Position numbers and translations under genes: made by a program
The notes under the pieces: generated by a model
Databases searched by the model: none
What the model was told of the DNA's origin: nothing
What the model saw: only the letters and a program-made list of their open reading frames with translations
Assembly (NCBI GenBank): GCA_030055235.1
Contig: JASGUW010000091.1
Coordinates: forward strand, 1-57,689
Source: Bacillota bacterium
GTDB taxonomy: Bacteria > Bacillota > Clostridia > Saccharofermentanales > Fastidiosipilaceae
Reading direction: 5' to 3'
DNA: 57,689 nt
In this document: one piece after another, positions 28,900 through 37,577 of the stretch
Layout: each line of letters starts with the position of its first letter
Position numbering within the stretch: position 1 is the stretch's first letter

Positions 28900-28929
28900 T
28901 TGACGCCGGCCGGAAGTGTTCAGTAGAAT
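28900..28929 (+). promoter_or_regulatory. candidate sigma-A promoter of the leuA leader
   Basis: TTGACG (28900-28905), an 18-nt spacer, then TAGAAT (28924-28929). Confidence 0.5.
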
Positions 28930-28935
28930 CCCCTC

Positions 28936-29250
28936 TGATCTTAAATGGGCGTTGACAGGTAGCAGGAATCAGCCCATCTCCCACAGAGAGGCACGGTTTG
29001 CTGGAACGTGCCGGAGATGTTGATTCTGACTCGACCTTGAGCCTGTTCCGGCGAGAGCCCCCTCCACGGGCGGCATGTAGTTGGGACCGTCCGGCCGTCG
29101 TTATCCGGCCCGGTGATCGGACAAGCCTTGTCCCGTCGCTTATGAGTGCCGTGAGACGGCTGTCCCTGTTTTGGGGGAGAGTCTAACGCTCACGGAAGCA
29201 GAGTGGTACCGCGAAGCACCCTTCGTCTCTGAAGAACGAGGGTGCTTTTT
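28936..29250 (+). promoter_or_regulatory. T-box leader (tRNA-sensing riboswitch), probably Leu-specific, ending in an intrinsic terminator
   Basis: AGAGAG box at 28985-28990 and a distal stem-loop GCAC-GGTTTGCTGGAAC-GTGC. Leu codons lie in the expected specifier region (CUG-A at 29026-29029, CUC at 29030-29032). T-box sequence AGTGGTACCGCG at 29202-29213. Terminator GCACCCTTCGT...ACGAGGGTGC plus TTTTT at 29216-29250, directly upstream of leuA. Confidence 0.75.
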
Positions 29251-29280
29251 ATATGTCCAAAAACAGCAGGAGAAAGCTAA

Positions 29281-30990
29281 ATGAAAGAAATGAACTGGCG
29301 CCGCTACCGCCCCTTTGAGGCCATCCCGCTCCCGGACCGGACCTGGCCGGAACGCCGCCTTACGGCTGCTCCCGAATGGGTCAGTGTCGACCTGCGCGAC
29401 GGCAACCAGGCCCTCGTCATTCCGATGAGCCTGGAACAAAAACTCGCCTTCTTTCACTATCTGGTCGACATCGGTTTCAAGACCATAGAGATAGGTTTCC
29501 CGGCGGCCAACGACACGGAGTATGAGTTCACCCGCCGCCTGATCGAAGATGATCTCATCCCGGATGATGTCGCCATCCAGGTACTGACGCAGTCGCGGCC
29601 CCACATCATCGACCGCACCTTTGAAGCCCTGAAGGGCGCCAGACGCGCCGTCATCCACCTCTACAACTCGACCTCCGCCGTCCAGCGTGACGTTGTCTTC
29701 GGCATGTCACGCGAAGCCTGCCGCCAGCTCGCCGTTGACGGCGCCCGCCTGATCCGCGAGCGCTTCGAAGCCGGCCACGGCACCCGGGAATGGCAGCTCG
29801 AATATTCGCCCGAGTCCTTCTCGGCCACCGAGCCGGACTTCGCAGTAGAAGTTTGTGATGCCGTCTATGAGGTCTGGGAGGGCCTGGTTGACGAGAAGAT
29901 CATCATGAACCTCCCGAGCACGGTGGAGATGTCGATGCCCAATCTCTACGCCGATCAGATCGAGTGGTTCTGCCGCCATACCCGCTACCGTGACGGCATC
30001 CGCGTCAGCCTGCACACGCACAACGACCGCGGCACCGGCATTGCGGCGACCGAGCTCGGCCTGCTCGCCGGCGGTGACCGTGTCGAAGGCACGCTCTTCG
30101 GCAACGGTGAGCGCACCGGCAACTGCGACATCATGACGGTGGCTCTGAATCTGCTTTCTCAGGGCATCGATCCCAAGCTCGACTTCAGTGACATCAACCG
30201 GGCCATACAGATGTACGAACTCAGCACCAGCATGCAGGTCCATCCCCGCCATCCCTATGCCGGCGACCTGGTCTACACGGCCTTCTCCGGCTCCCACCAG
30301 GATGCCATCAACAAGGGACTGCAGCGCCTGGGCAGCGACGTTTACGCCTCCGCACGGGCGGCGGACGAGTGCCGGGACGACATCTGGAACGTGCCCTATC
30401 TGCCGATCGATCCCCACGACGTCGGGCGCAGCTATGAGCCGATCATCCGGATTAACGCTCAGTCCGGCCGCGGCGGCGTCTCCTTCATCATGGAGCAGCG
30501 CTTCGGCTATCAGATTCCCAAACCCATGCAGCGTGCTTTCAGTGAGGTCGTCACGCGCTACTCCGACCGTGTCCAGGACGAGCTCCTGCCGGAGAAGATT
30601 CTCGAACTCTTCGAGGAAGCCTATGTCAACCTGCGTTTCCCGCTGCAGCTGATCTCCTGGGAGGATATGAAGCTTTCTGAAAGCGAAGTCGCCGCCCGCG
30701 GCCGCTTCAACCTGAACGGCCGCATGGTTGAGGTAGAGGGACGCGGAACCGGTGTCCTGGACGCTCTGGCCACGGGTCTGGCCAAACTCACCGGCCTGGA
30801 CTTCAACATTTCTCTCTACCATCAGCATGCTCTTACGCAAAGCTCGGCCTCCCGCGCCGTCTCCTACGTCGGCCTGACCTGCGGCGACCAGATCGCCTAT
30901 GGTGCCGGCATCAGCGGTGACATCACCCGTGCCTCCATCCGTGCTCTGGTCAGTGCGATCAACGCCCTGGTGCCGACGGGCAGAAATTAA
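29281..30990 (+). CDS. leuA: 2-isopropylmalate synthase (long form)
   Basis: 569 aa with an N-terminal DLRDGNQAL HMGL-like barrel, an HTHNDRGTG motif and a C-terminal LeuA regulatory domain. AGGAGA RBS. Confidence 0.92.
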   Translation: MKEMNWRRYRPFEAIPLPDRTWPERRLTAAPEWVSVDLRDGNQALVIPMSLEQKLAFFHYLVDIGFKTIEIGFPAANDTEYEFTRRLIEDDLIPDDVAIQVLTQSRPHIIDRTFEALKGARRAVIHLYNSTSAVQRDVVFGMSREACRQLAVDGARLIRERFEAGHGTREWQLEYSPESFSATEPDFAVEVCDAVYEVWEGLVDEKIIMNLPSTVEMSMPNLYADQIEWFCRHTRYRDGIRVSLHTHNDRGTGIAATELGLLAGGDRVEGTLFGNGERTGNCDIMTVALNLLSQGIDPKLDFSDINRAIQMYELSTSMQVHPRHPYAGDLVYTAFSGSHQDAINKGLQRLGSDVYASARAADECRDDIWNVPYLPIDPHDVGRSYEPIIRINAQSGRGGVSFIMEQRFGYQIPKPMQRAFSEVVTRYSDRVQDELLPEKILELFEEAYVNLRFPLQLISWEDMKLSESEVAARGRFNLNGRMVEVEGRGTGVLDALATGLAKLTGLDFNISLYHQHALTQSSASRAVSYVGLTCGDQIAYGAGISGDITRASIRALVSAINALVPTGRN

Positions 30991-31014
30991 AAGACGTTCT
31001 TTCGGTACAGAGAA

Positions 31015-31045
31015 GGGGGCGGGTCAGACGACTCGCCCCCTTTTT
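31015..31045 (+). terminator. intrinsic terminator after leuA
   Basis: Stem GGGGGCG, loop, stem CGCCCCC, followed by TTTTT. Confidence 0.75.
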
Positions 31046-31073
31046 GATAGGGTGTTTGTCTGCCTGGCGGCCT

Positions 31074-32276
31074 CTAGACTTCCTGCTCGACGACCACCAC
31101 TTCCGTCTTTTTGACATCCACCTTCTTGGCTTGGCTCGAGCCGTGCCTGCCGCGGGTAAAGAGGAAGGCGCTGACCAGACTCGTCAGGGGGGATACCAGG
31201 ACGATACCAATGCAGCCGACAAAGGTGGAGAGAATCTCTGCTGCAATGGTGCGGCTGGTGAGAATGGTGCTCAGCGAGGTACCCTGGGCCATGAAGACCA
31301 TCAGGGTGGCCAGATAGTTGCCGATATAGGCCAAAAGCAGAGTGCTCGTCTGTGTGCCCACAACCTGGCGTCCGATGCGCAGACCGGAGGCGAAGAGCTT
31401 GGTGCGGGTGATGTCCGGACTGTGTTCCTGTACCTCTTCCAGCGCCGAGGAAATGTCGATGGCCAGATCCATGACGGCGCCGGAACAGCTCAGGTAGATG
31501 GCACTTTGAAAGATCTCCTTGAGATTAAGGTTGAAATAACCTGCGTGTAAAAGCCCCTCCGATTCCTGCATCACCGTTCCACTGAGCTTGAAGACGTCCG
31601 TGAAAATGATGGCGACGAGGAAGGTGCAGAAGGCGGACAGGATGGCGCTGATAATGGCGGAGTAGCTCTTTGCCGTAAAGCCGCCTACCAGCAGCAGTGT
31701 CGTGATTGTGATAAAGCAGCCGAGAGCCAGTGCCAGCAGCAGGGGCGGCCAGCCCCGCAAAAGTCCGGGGATCAGAACCTTCCACAGTGCGACCAGCGTC
31801 AGGGCAAAACTCAGGATCGTGCGCAGACCTGTCGTACCGGCAAAGAGAACGAGCAGCACGGCAAAGATCAGGAAAAGCAGGGCCTCCACGTGGAGTCGAT
31901 ACTGATCAACCAGAGTGGCAAAGGTTACCTGCCCCTCATCATCCTGCTCCAGTATGGCAAAGGCAATGTCACCGGGCTTAAATATGACGTCACGCTCAAT
32001 GCTGCCTACCATGAAGCGGATACCGGTCACAACTTCACCCTTGTGGCTGCCGTTCAGGATTCTGATCTTACAGGACTGTTCGCCCTGATACACCATACCC
32101 GTCTGGTACAGATAATCGTTGTAGACTTCGACTATCTCCGCCCGCACCTCCTGAGAGTTGCGGTAGAGCTGGCGCTTGTACCCGGTGGGCAGAAGCATCA
32201 GGATAAGAAGTACTGCGAGCAGTACGATCGAGAAGATTCTGTCTCTCTTTTTGGCCTTGTCAGGTACTAAGGTCAT
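31074..32276 (-). CDS. YibE/F family membrane protein
   Basis: 400 aa from ATG 32276 (GGAGAGG upstream). One N-terminal TM, a soluble beta-rich segment, then about 6 TM helices, matching the YibE/F layout. The upstream 33 codons of the ORF are judged to be an extension. Confidence 0.68.
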   Translation of the reverse strand: MTLVPDKAKKRDRIFSIVLLAVLLILMLLPTGYKRQLYRNSQEVRAEIVEVYNDYLYQTGMVYQGEQSCKIRILNGSHKGEVVTGIRFMVGSIERDVIFKPGDIAFAILEQDDEGQVTFATLVDQYRLHVEALLFLIFAVLLVLFAGTTGLRTILSFALTLVALWKVLIPGLLRGWPPLLLALALGCFITITTLLLVGGFTAKSYSAIISAILSAFCTFLVAIIFTDVFKLSGTVMQESEGLLHAGYFNLNLKEIFQSAIYLSCSGAVMDLAIDISSALEEVQEHSPDITRTKLFASGLRIGRQVVGTQTSTLLLAYIGNYLATLMVFMAQGTSLSTILTSRTIAAEILSTFVGCIGIVLVSPLTSLVSAFLFTRGRHGSSQAKKVDVKKTEVVVVEQEV

Positions 32277-32312
32277 GAAGCTAAATTCCTCTCCAGATTC
32301 GCATTCTTCACG

Positions 32313-32340
32313 AAAAACCCGCGTCCTGCCGGGCGCGGGT
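32313..32340 (-). terminator. intrinsic terminator after the alkaline phosphatase gene
   Basis: The minus strand reads ACCCGCG-CCCGGCAGGA-CGCGGGT followed by TTTTT. Confidence 0.7.
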
Positions 32341-32426
32341 TTCGTTTGTTTGGTGAAGTCCGGGGGTTTTCTCAAAGGCTGACCTTTGCGCTACCGCTTA
32401 ATCCCCCGGCTTAAGTTCCCTTGTTC

Positions 32427-33941
32427 TTATTCGTTGACAGCCAGACCGACAGCCTCGAGGAAAGCGGTGTAGATGTCGGTGTTGTCATAGGAGCCGCCGA
32501 AGTATTCGGAGCCGGCACCGTAGGCGTGAACCGCGACGGGCGTTCCGGTGTGGCTGTAAGAGGTCCAGCCGATACCCGACTTGTTGTTCAGGATGTGGGT
32601 CAGGGTAACGCTCAGGGGGTTGTAGCCACCGTAGAGGATGTAGTTTTCTTCGTTGTTCGTCTGCTCTTCCGGCGTCATCAGAGAGGTCTCAAAGGCATCC
32701 AGCAGCTTCTTGTACTCGTACTTACTAAGCACCAGGCGCTCGTCGGGAGCGGTGGAAGCGTCAACGGGGGTAACCAGACCGAAGTTTTCGGTGATGACGG
32801 GCATGACCTCTTCGAAGGTCAGCTCGGGATCCTCTTCGAGCATGCCGGCGACCAGGGCGTCGAAGGCAACGAAGCTCATCTTCTGGTAGGCGAGAAGGTC
32901 GAAAGCGGTGTCATAGCCGGTGTAGGACTGGCCGATGGTCATACCACCGGTCTCGTGGTCACCGGTGACAACGATGAGGGTCTCGTCGGGATGCTCGGCA
33001 GCGAAGTCCAGGGCGACCTGAATCGCGTTGTCCAGCTCGAGGGTGTCATAGATCGTCGCCTTGGCGTCGTTGGCGTGGCAGGCCCAGTCAATCTTGCCGG
33101 ACTCGACCATGAAGAAGAAGCCGTTCTCGGGGTTGCCCATGACGTTGATACCGGCCGTGACATAGTCACTCAGAGTCAGCTGGCCTTCCTGAGCATCGAG
33201 AGAGTAGGGGAGAGCGCCGCCGTCCTGGGGGCAATCGGTGTAGGCATAGACCATATCGGCATCAGCGTCGAGAGCCATGATCTCAGCCGGATCATTGGTC
33301 ACGGTGTAGCCCTTCTCAACGAGAATCTCATAGGCATCCTGCTGATCCTTGTCGGCACCGGTCGGCTTGTTGATCGTGCCGCCGCCAAAGTAGTTGTAGC
33401 CGGAGTCGGCCATCTGCATGGCGATGTCATAGTACTCGTTACGGCTGGCAACATGAGCATAGAAAGCTGCCGGCGTGGCGTGGTTGATGGTAACGGTCGA
33501 AGCGATACCAATCTCATAGCCCAGATCCTGGCTCAGGATTTCGGAGAGGTTTCTGGGAGCGGTGACCTTGTCAACCTCCAGACCAATAACGCCGCTGTGA
33601 GTCTTGACGCCGCAGGAGAAAGCGGTTGCCGTCGAAGCGGAGTCAGGGCAGAAAGAGGTCGAGTCGAAGGTCGAAGCAATGCCGTTGACGGGGAAAGACG
33701 TGAAGTTCAGCTCGCCGGCCAGAACTTCGCCTTCCGTGTTGTTGCCCTTGTAAACTCTGGCAGCACTGGCCTGAACGTGGCTCATACCGTCGCCGATAAA
33801 GAAGAAGATGTACTTCGGCATGGCCGGAGCGCTTTCTTCTTCAGCGCGGACAACGCCCATACCCAGGCCGAGCCGGACGCTTGCAATCATGGCGAAGACC
33901 AAAATTGCAGAAAGAATCTTGTTTCTCATCTGTTTACTCAT
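32427..33941 (-). CDS. alkaline phosphatase (PhoA family), secreted
   Basis: Signal peptide, a GDGMS motif and the active-site Ser context CPDSASTATAFSCG. TAGGAGG RBS. Confidence 0.85.
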   Translation of the reverse strand: MSKQMRNKILSAILVFAMIASVRLGLGMGVVRAEEESAPAMPKYIFFFIGDGMSHVQASAARVYKGNNTEGEVLAGELNFTSFPVNGIASTFDSTSFCPDSASTATAFSCGVKTHSGVIGLEVDKVTAPRNLSEILSQDLGYEIGIASTVTINHATPAAFYAHVASRNEYYDIAMQMADSGYNYFGGGTINKPTGADKDQQDAYEILVEKGYTVTNDPAEIMALDADADMVYAYTDCPQDGGALPYSLDAQEGQLTLSDYVTAGINVMGNPENGFFFMVESGKIDWACHANDAKATIYDTLELDNAIQVALDFAAEHPDETLIVVTGDHETGGMTIGQSYTGYDTAFDLLAYQKMSFVAFDALVAGMLEEDPELTFEEVMPVITENFGLVTPVDASTAPDERLVLSKYEYKKLLDAFETSLMTPEEQTNNEENYILYGGYNPLSVTLTHILNNKSGIGWTSYSHTGTPVAVHAYGAGSEYFGGSYDNTDIYTAFLEAVGLAVNE

Positions 33942-34480
33942 GTGTCCTATGTTCCTCCTAATGTTTGTGAACCAAAAGCAGAATGTTCATCCACTTTTCG
34001 TCATCACGATCTAGTGTAGGCAGAAATTGTTATGGACAGTGGCAGGAAAGATAAATTTCAAGTTAAACACAGGGCTATTAATGTCAATTCCAGTTAAATA
34101 AAGATTAAGGCAGTGTAAGATTGAGACGTTTGGATCTAAACCAAGATAAATAACATAAGCTTTTCATCGCTGGTCTCAGCGGCGAGAGTATCTGTCTGCT
34201 GCAGCAGCCGGCAGGGGAGAGCCAGACTTCCTGGGAACAGCTGATTTTTGAATAGAGCTCGCTCTTCGCTCTTCTGATCAGGCCGGGAAATAGTAGTTAC
34301 TCAAAAAAATCTTTAATGCGAAGCATCAGGATTCTCCCAAGGCGTGTGTCAGCACACTCCGCCGGTCGCAGCCAGAAAGCCTGAGTATATAAATGTAATT
34401 TATAAACAACTGTAGTTATTTAAGTGTTTGAGCTTCGCTTCCGGGACAGACTCCGCATTGTTGGCGCTGGGTGTAGATTC

Positions 34481-34531
34481 TGGGCGTAGATTGAAATGAT
34501 TAGGAATGAGAAACAGCGGCGAGCGGCGAGG
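34481..34531 (+). repeat. dispersed ~50-nt motif, copy b
   Basis: TGGGCGTAGATTGAAATGATTAGGAATGAGAAACAGCGGCGAGCGGCGAGG. See 21391-21440. Confidence 0.6.
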
Positions 34532-34649
34532 CTTACCCGCATAAGGCTGTTACGTCTCAAATTAGGAAAAAACTGGATCCAGACTTTTGTTCCCAAAGAG
34601 AAGCCTATTCAGTTGACCGCCGTCAGCAGCGCCTGCATGCCACTGCATG

Positions 34650-34780
34650 GTTTTGACCCTGCGCGCCGTGCAGTGGCGCGCGCGGCCCTTTGTGGTCAAA
34701 GTAACCTCGAATCCAAATCGGTTTTTGGATTACACGTTATTTTGACCCTGCGCACCGAGCAGCAGCGCGCAGGACCTCTT
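34650..34780. repeat. TTGACC...GGTCAA hairpin repeat family, 1.5 units
   Basis: TTTGACC-CTGCGCGCC-GTGCAGT-GGCGCGCGCGG-CCCTTTGTGGTCAAA, then the small A/T hairpin AATCCAAA-TCGGT-TTTGGATT, then a second TTTGACCCTGCGC...GCGCAGG. This is the same architecture as the array at 57531-57689. Confidence 0.7.
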
Positions 34781-34840
34781 CGTTGCCAGCTATTTTCCTG
34801 GCAGGTTCACCCGCTTCCCGACATTCTTGTCGTAGACCTC

Positions 34841-35479
34841 TTAAGGAGCCATCTTCTGACAAATATGCTCCAGCGGACAAGCAGGGCAGGCCATTTTCTT
34901 TCTGCAGTGCTCTTTGCCGTTTTGTACGATCAGGGCATGAAAATGCTGATAGACCTCGACTGTCCGAGGCAGCCTGGCCTCGCAGAAGGCTTTCACTTCC
35001 ATGTAGGTCTTTCCAGCAGGAATCGGGAAACGGCCAAAAAATCTCATAGTGTAAGCGTCCACAACAAAAGTCGGCAGATCAAATGCATAGAGGAGAATTG
35101 AGTCCGCCGTCTCATTGCCAACTCCCCGGACCTCCAGAAGCTCGGCTCGGACCTCAGATAAGGGACGACATCGAATCGCATCCAAGTCAGCGTCATAGCC
35201 CATCAGCCAGCAACTGAGCGCTTTCAGGTATTGTGATTTTTGTTTGAAAAAGCCAGCTGGCCGGATGATGTCCTGAAGCTCCTCCTCTGGCAGTTCCATA
35301 ATCCGCTCCGGTGATAGTTTGCCATCGAAGCGCCTGATAGCCTTCTCTACATTTGACCAGGCCGTATTCTGCGTAAGAACAGCACCCACCATGACCTCAA
35401 ACGGTGTTTCAGCTGGCCACCAGGCGAGATCGCCATAATGTGCATATAGCATCTGGAAAATCTGATTAAGGTCAGGCAT
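34841..35479 (-). CDS. endonuclease III-related HhH-GPD DNA glycosylase family protein
   Basis: HhH motif LLEVRGVGNETADSILLYAF, an Asp in VVDAYT, and a C-terminal Cys cluster C-X5-C-X2-C-X5-C (CRKKMACPACPLEHIC). ATG 35479 is preferred over TTG 35512. Confidence 0.78.
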   Translation of the reverse strand: MPDLNQIFQMLYAHYGDLAWWPAETPFEVMVGAVLTQNTAWSNVEKAIRRFDGKLSPERIMELPEEELQDIIRPAGFFKQKSQYLKALSCWLMGYDADLDAIRCRPLSEVRAELLEVRGVGNETADSILLYAFDLPTFVVDAYTMRFFGRFPIPAGKTYMEVKAFCEARLPRTVEVYQHFHALIVQNGKEHCRKKMACPACPLEHICQKMAP

Positions 35480-35646
35480 TTTTGAGTCCTCGCTTGCAGA
35501 TTCGGTCAACAATTATTCTGGTTCCACTGATTCTATCGCGCTTTATCGAAGTGTCGGGATTCTGACTACGACCCAGTATAAAAACCTGTCCAATTTCGTG
35601 GTGGTGCATGCGCCAGGATCTTCCGCAATCAGCTATCTTTATAAAC

Positions 35647-35660
35647 CGAACGTTTGTTTG
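35647..35660. promoter_or_regulatory. LexA-box-like site abutting a TATAAA hexamer
   Basis: CGAACGTTTGTTTG matches CGAAC-N4-GTTCG at 13 of 14 positions. TATAAA lies at 35640-35645. The site sits in the intergenic region between the glycosylase gene and an ORF-poor gap. Confidence 0.4.
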
Positions 35661-36357
35661 TTGCGGTCGGAGAGGAGAGAGGTGAAGCGAACGAGGAGGG
35701 AGGCAAACGGTTGTGTTATCCGCGTTCCCAGGGTTAGCTCAATGGCCAAATGAAAGAGACCCTCGTAAACGCTAATGTTCGCGGCTCAACAAGCTGCCAA
35801 GGGCAGCTGGTTCGTCGTCAGACCGCGATGTCTGGTCCGGTGACGTGCGACAGTCCTAAAATGCCTGAACGACAAATCGACATCGGTTCGGTGTCCGTCA
35901 TGACTGCCCAGTCTGGTATGCCTTCGCTGTATGAGCTGCAACGCTGGACACAGATTAGCTGATGCATCCAAGGCGCCGGTCATGCCAGTGGCAGCGCGAG
36001 ATTGAGCGGGTGGCAAATAGATGGCAGACAGCTCAGAGCATTTGAGCAGGCATCTGGATCAAACTGGAGAATCCCTGCCAGAGCCTGGAGTGAAGCAGAT
36101 CGCTGTCAATCTGATGGAGAAGAAGCTAGCACCGGAAGAGAGTAGTAATCCTTTTCATCAAACTGGTGGAATACGTCGCAGCACCTTAATCCCGCTAAAG
36201 AAGCGTTTCCATCCGATGGCTTTCAAAAAAGCGATGATAGCTGGCAATGGATGAGTCAAGACTGTTGCTTGCCATGTAGATCTGGTCAAGCTCTTGAAGG
36301 GGCATTTTTCTCTCCCCAGTTGAACAAAATTGTTATTTTGCTGAACTCGTTCAAGTT

Positions 36358-37023
36358 TTACGTGGATTTCGTTTCAGCTGTATCGGAGCCGGCGCCTGTC
36401 TCCACAGAACCTGGCAGGACCTTCTCCTCTTCACCGTAGACAACAGGAAACTCTTCCACAACGCGGTTCGGCTTCTCAATCCCTTCTTTGGAGATCGCAC
36501 GCTTGAGCCAGTCCTGCACAGCGAAGCCGCGAATGGAAAGCGTACGCCTGTCAGACTCGAATTGATAACGGATCACCGCTACGTTCGGGTCACGAAGCTC
36601 CGGAGCAATTGTGTATACAGCACCCGACGGCAGACTGAGACGAATCTCTTCTGCGGCGTCTGTTTGTGGCTCCAGCAGGCAGAGCTTCATCTGAGACAGG
36701 GTCAGAGCCCAGTAAATCCGCCCGAGATTTTTACCTGCAACAAGAGTCTTCTCACCCTGGTATTCCGCCTGCAGCGGCCAGTCCGAGCATACGGTCATCA
36801 GATGAAGTTCCACATCGCTGCGGAAGCGATTCATGGTGACTCCCCGCCAGGTCATGAAAGCCAGACCACCGAGAACTAGCAGCACGATAAGCACGACGGG
36901 CAGCAAAACACGCAGCCAGACTGTGCGGCGTCGCAGCTGCTCCTGTCGTTCTCTTGTCAGCACATCCTGAACTTGATCATAGAGATGCACGCTTCGCTGC
37001 TGCTCTCTTTCTTCCTGTGCCAT
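36358..37023 (-). CDS. hypothetical single-pass membrane protein
   Basis: AAGGAG lies 7 nt upstream of ATG 37023. A charged N-terminus (MAQEEREQQRS...) is followed by a TM helix (WLRVLLPVVLIVLLVLGGLAFM) and an extracytoplasmic domain of about 150 aa. I recognise no family. Confidence 0.6.
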   Translation of the reverse strand: MAQEEREQQRSVHLYDQVQDVLTRERQEQLRRRTVWLRVLLPVVLIVLLVLGGLAFMTWRGVTMNRFRSDVELHLMTVCSDWPLQAEYQGEKTLVAGKNLGRIYWALTLSQMKLCLLEPQTDAAEEIRLSLPSGAVYTIAPELRDPNVAVIRYQFESDRRTLSIRGFAVQDWLKRAISKEGIEKPNRVVEEFPVVYGEEEKVLPGSVETGAGSDTAETKST

Positions 37024-37508
37024 TCGTTTTCTCCTTAAAGCGGCCACCTCTTCCGGGCCTGATAACGAAATCATAGCACGGGACTCTGGTCTGCGACATT
37101 CCGCGTTCAGAACCACTTATAATTCGCGAAACGCCGGCAGGCCAGATGTTTCACGCTTTGTTGCAAATAGATTACACCTTTGCATATTACATTCCTGTTA
37201 CAGGCTTGGGATCTCGCCTCGTTTTTGTGGAAAACCACGTGGAGAACTGCACACATCCAAGCACGAGTGGCTTGGTCTGCTTTCAGGCTCACATACGTCG
37301 CATGTCTCTTCCCATTCGCCCTTCATGTCTGGCCCCCAGCTCCAACAGAAAAAGAAGCGTTTGCAGTGCTGCTGACACCGACCCGCCGTTGTTTTTAAGT
37401 AAATGTCCCTTCTTTACTATTTATGAATGCTGCCCGAATGAGGAACACTGTCATGAGATTTATGGTTCAGATAAAACGGAAAAACAGAAGCCTCTCGATC
37501 AGTTAATA

Positions 37509-37526
37509 TGCAATATATATATTGCA
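37509..37526. promoter_or_regulatory. perfect 18-bp palindrome, candidate operator of the XRE regulator
   Basis: TGCAATATATATATTGCA is its own reverse complement. Extra TTGCAA and ATGCAA half-sites follow it. It lies about 50 nt upstream of the XRE gene start. Confidence 0.5.
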
Positions 37527-37577
37527 AATTGCGTCATTTATATTACAATGCAAATAGACAGAGATGGAGGTTCATCC

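Noticed and set aside
33942-34110. Pho-box-like TT(A/T)ACA repeats were sought upstream of the alkaline phosphatase gene.
   Set aside because: Hexamers such as TTAACT and TTCACA are present, but not in the regular 11-bp phasing needed for a confident PhoP/PhoB site.
34380-34420. An AT-rich TATATAAATGTAATTTATAAAC stretch was considered as a dif/Xer site.
   Set aside because: Only about 7 of 11 positions of the XerD arm match the Bacillus-type dif, and the XerC arm does not match.
35715-35790. A tRNA-like D-arm string (TAGCTCAATGG) was noticed.
   Set aside because: No acceptor stem, anticodon arm or T-arm (GTTCRANYC) can be drawn around it. It is better described as the loop of the nested helices reported above.
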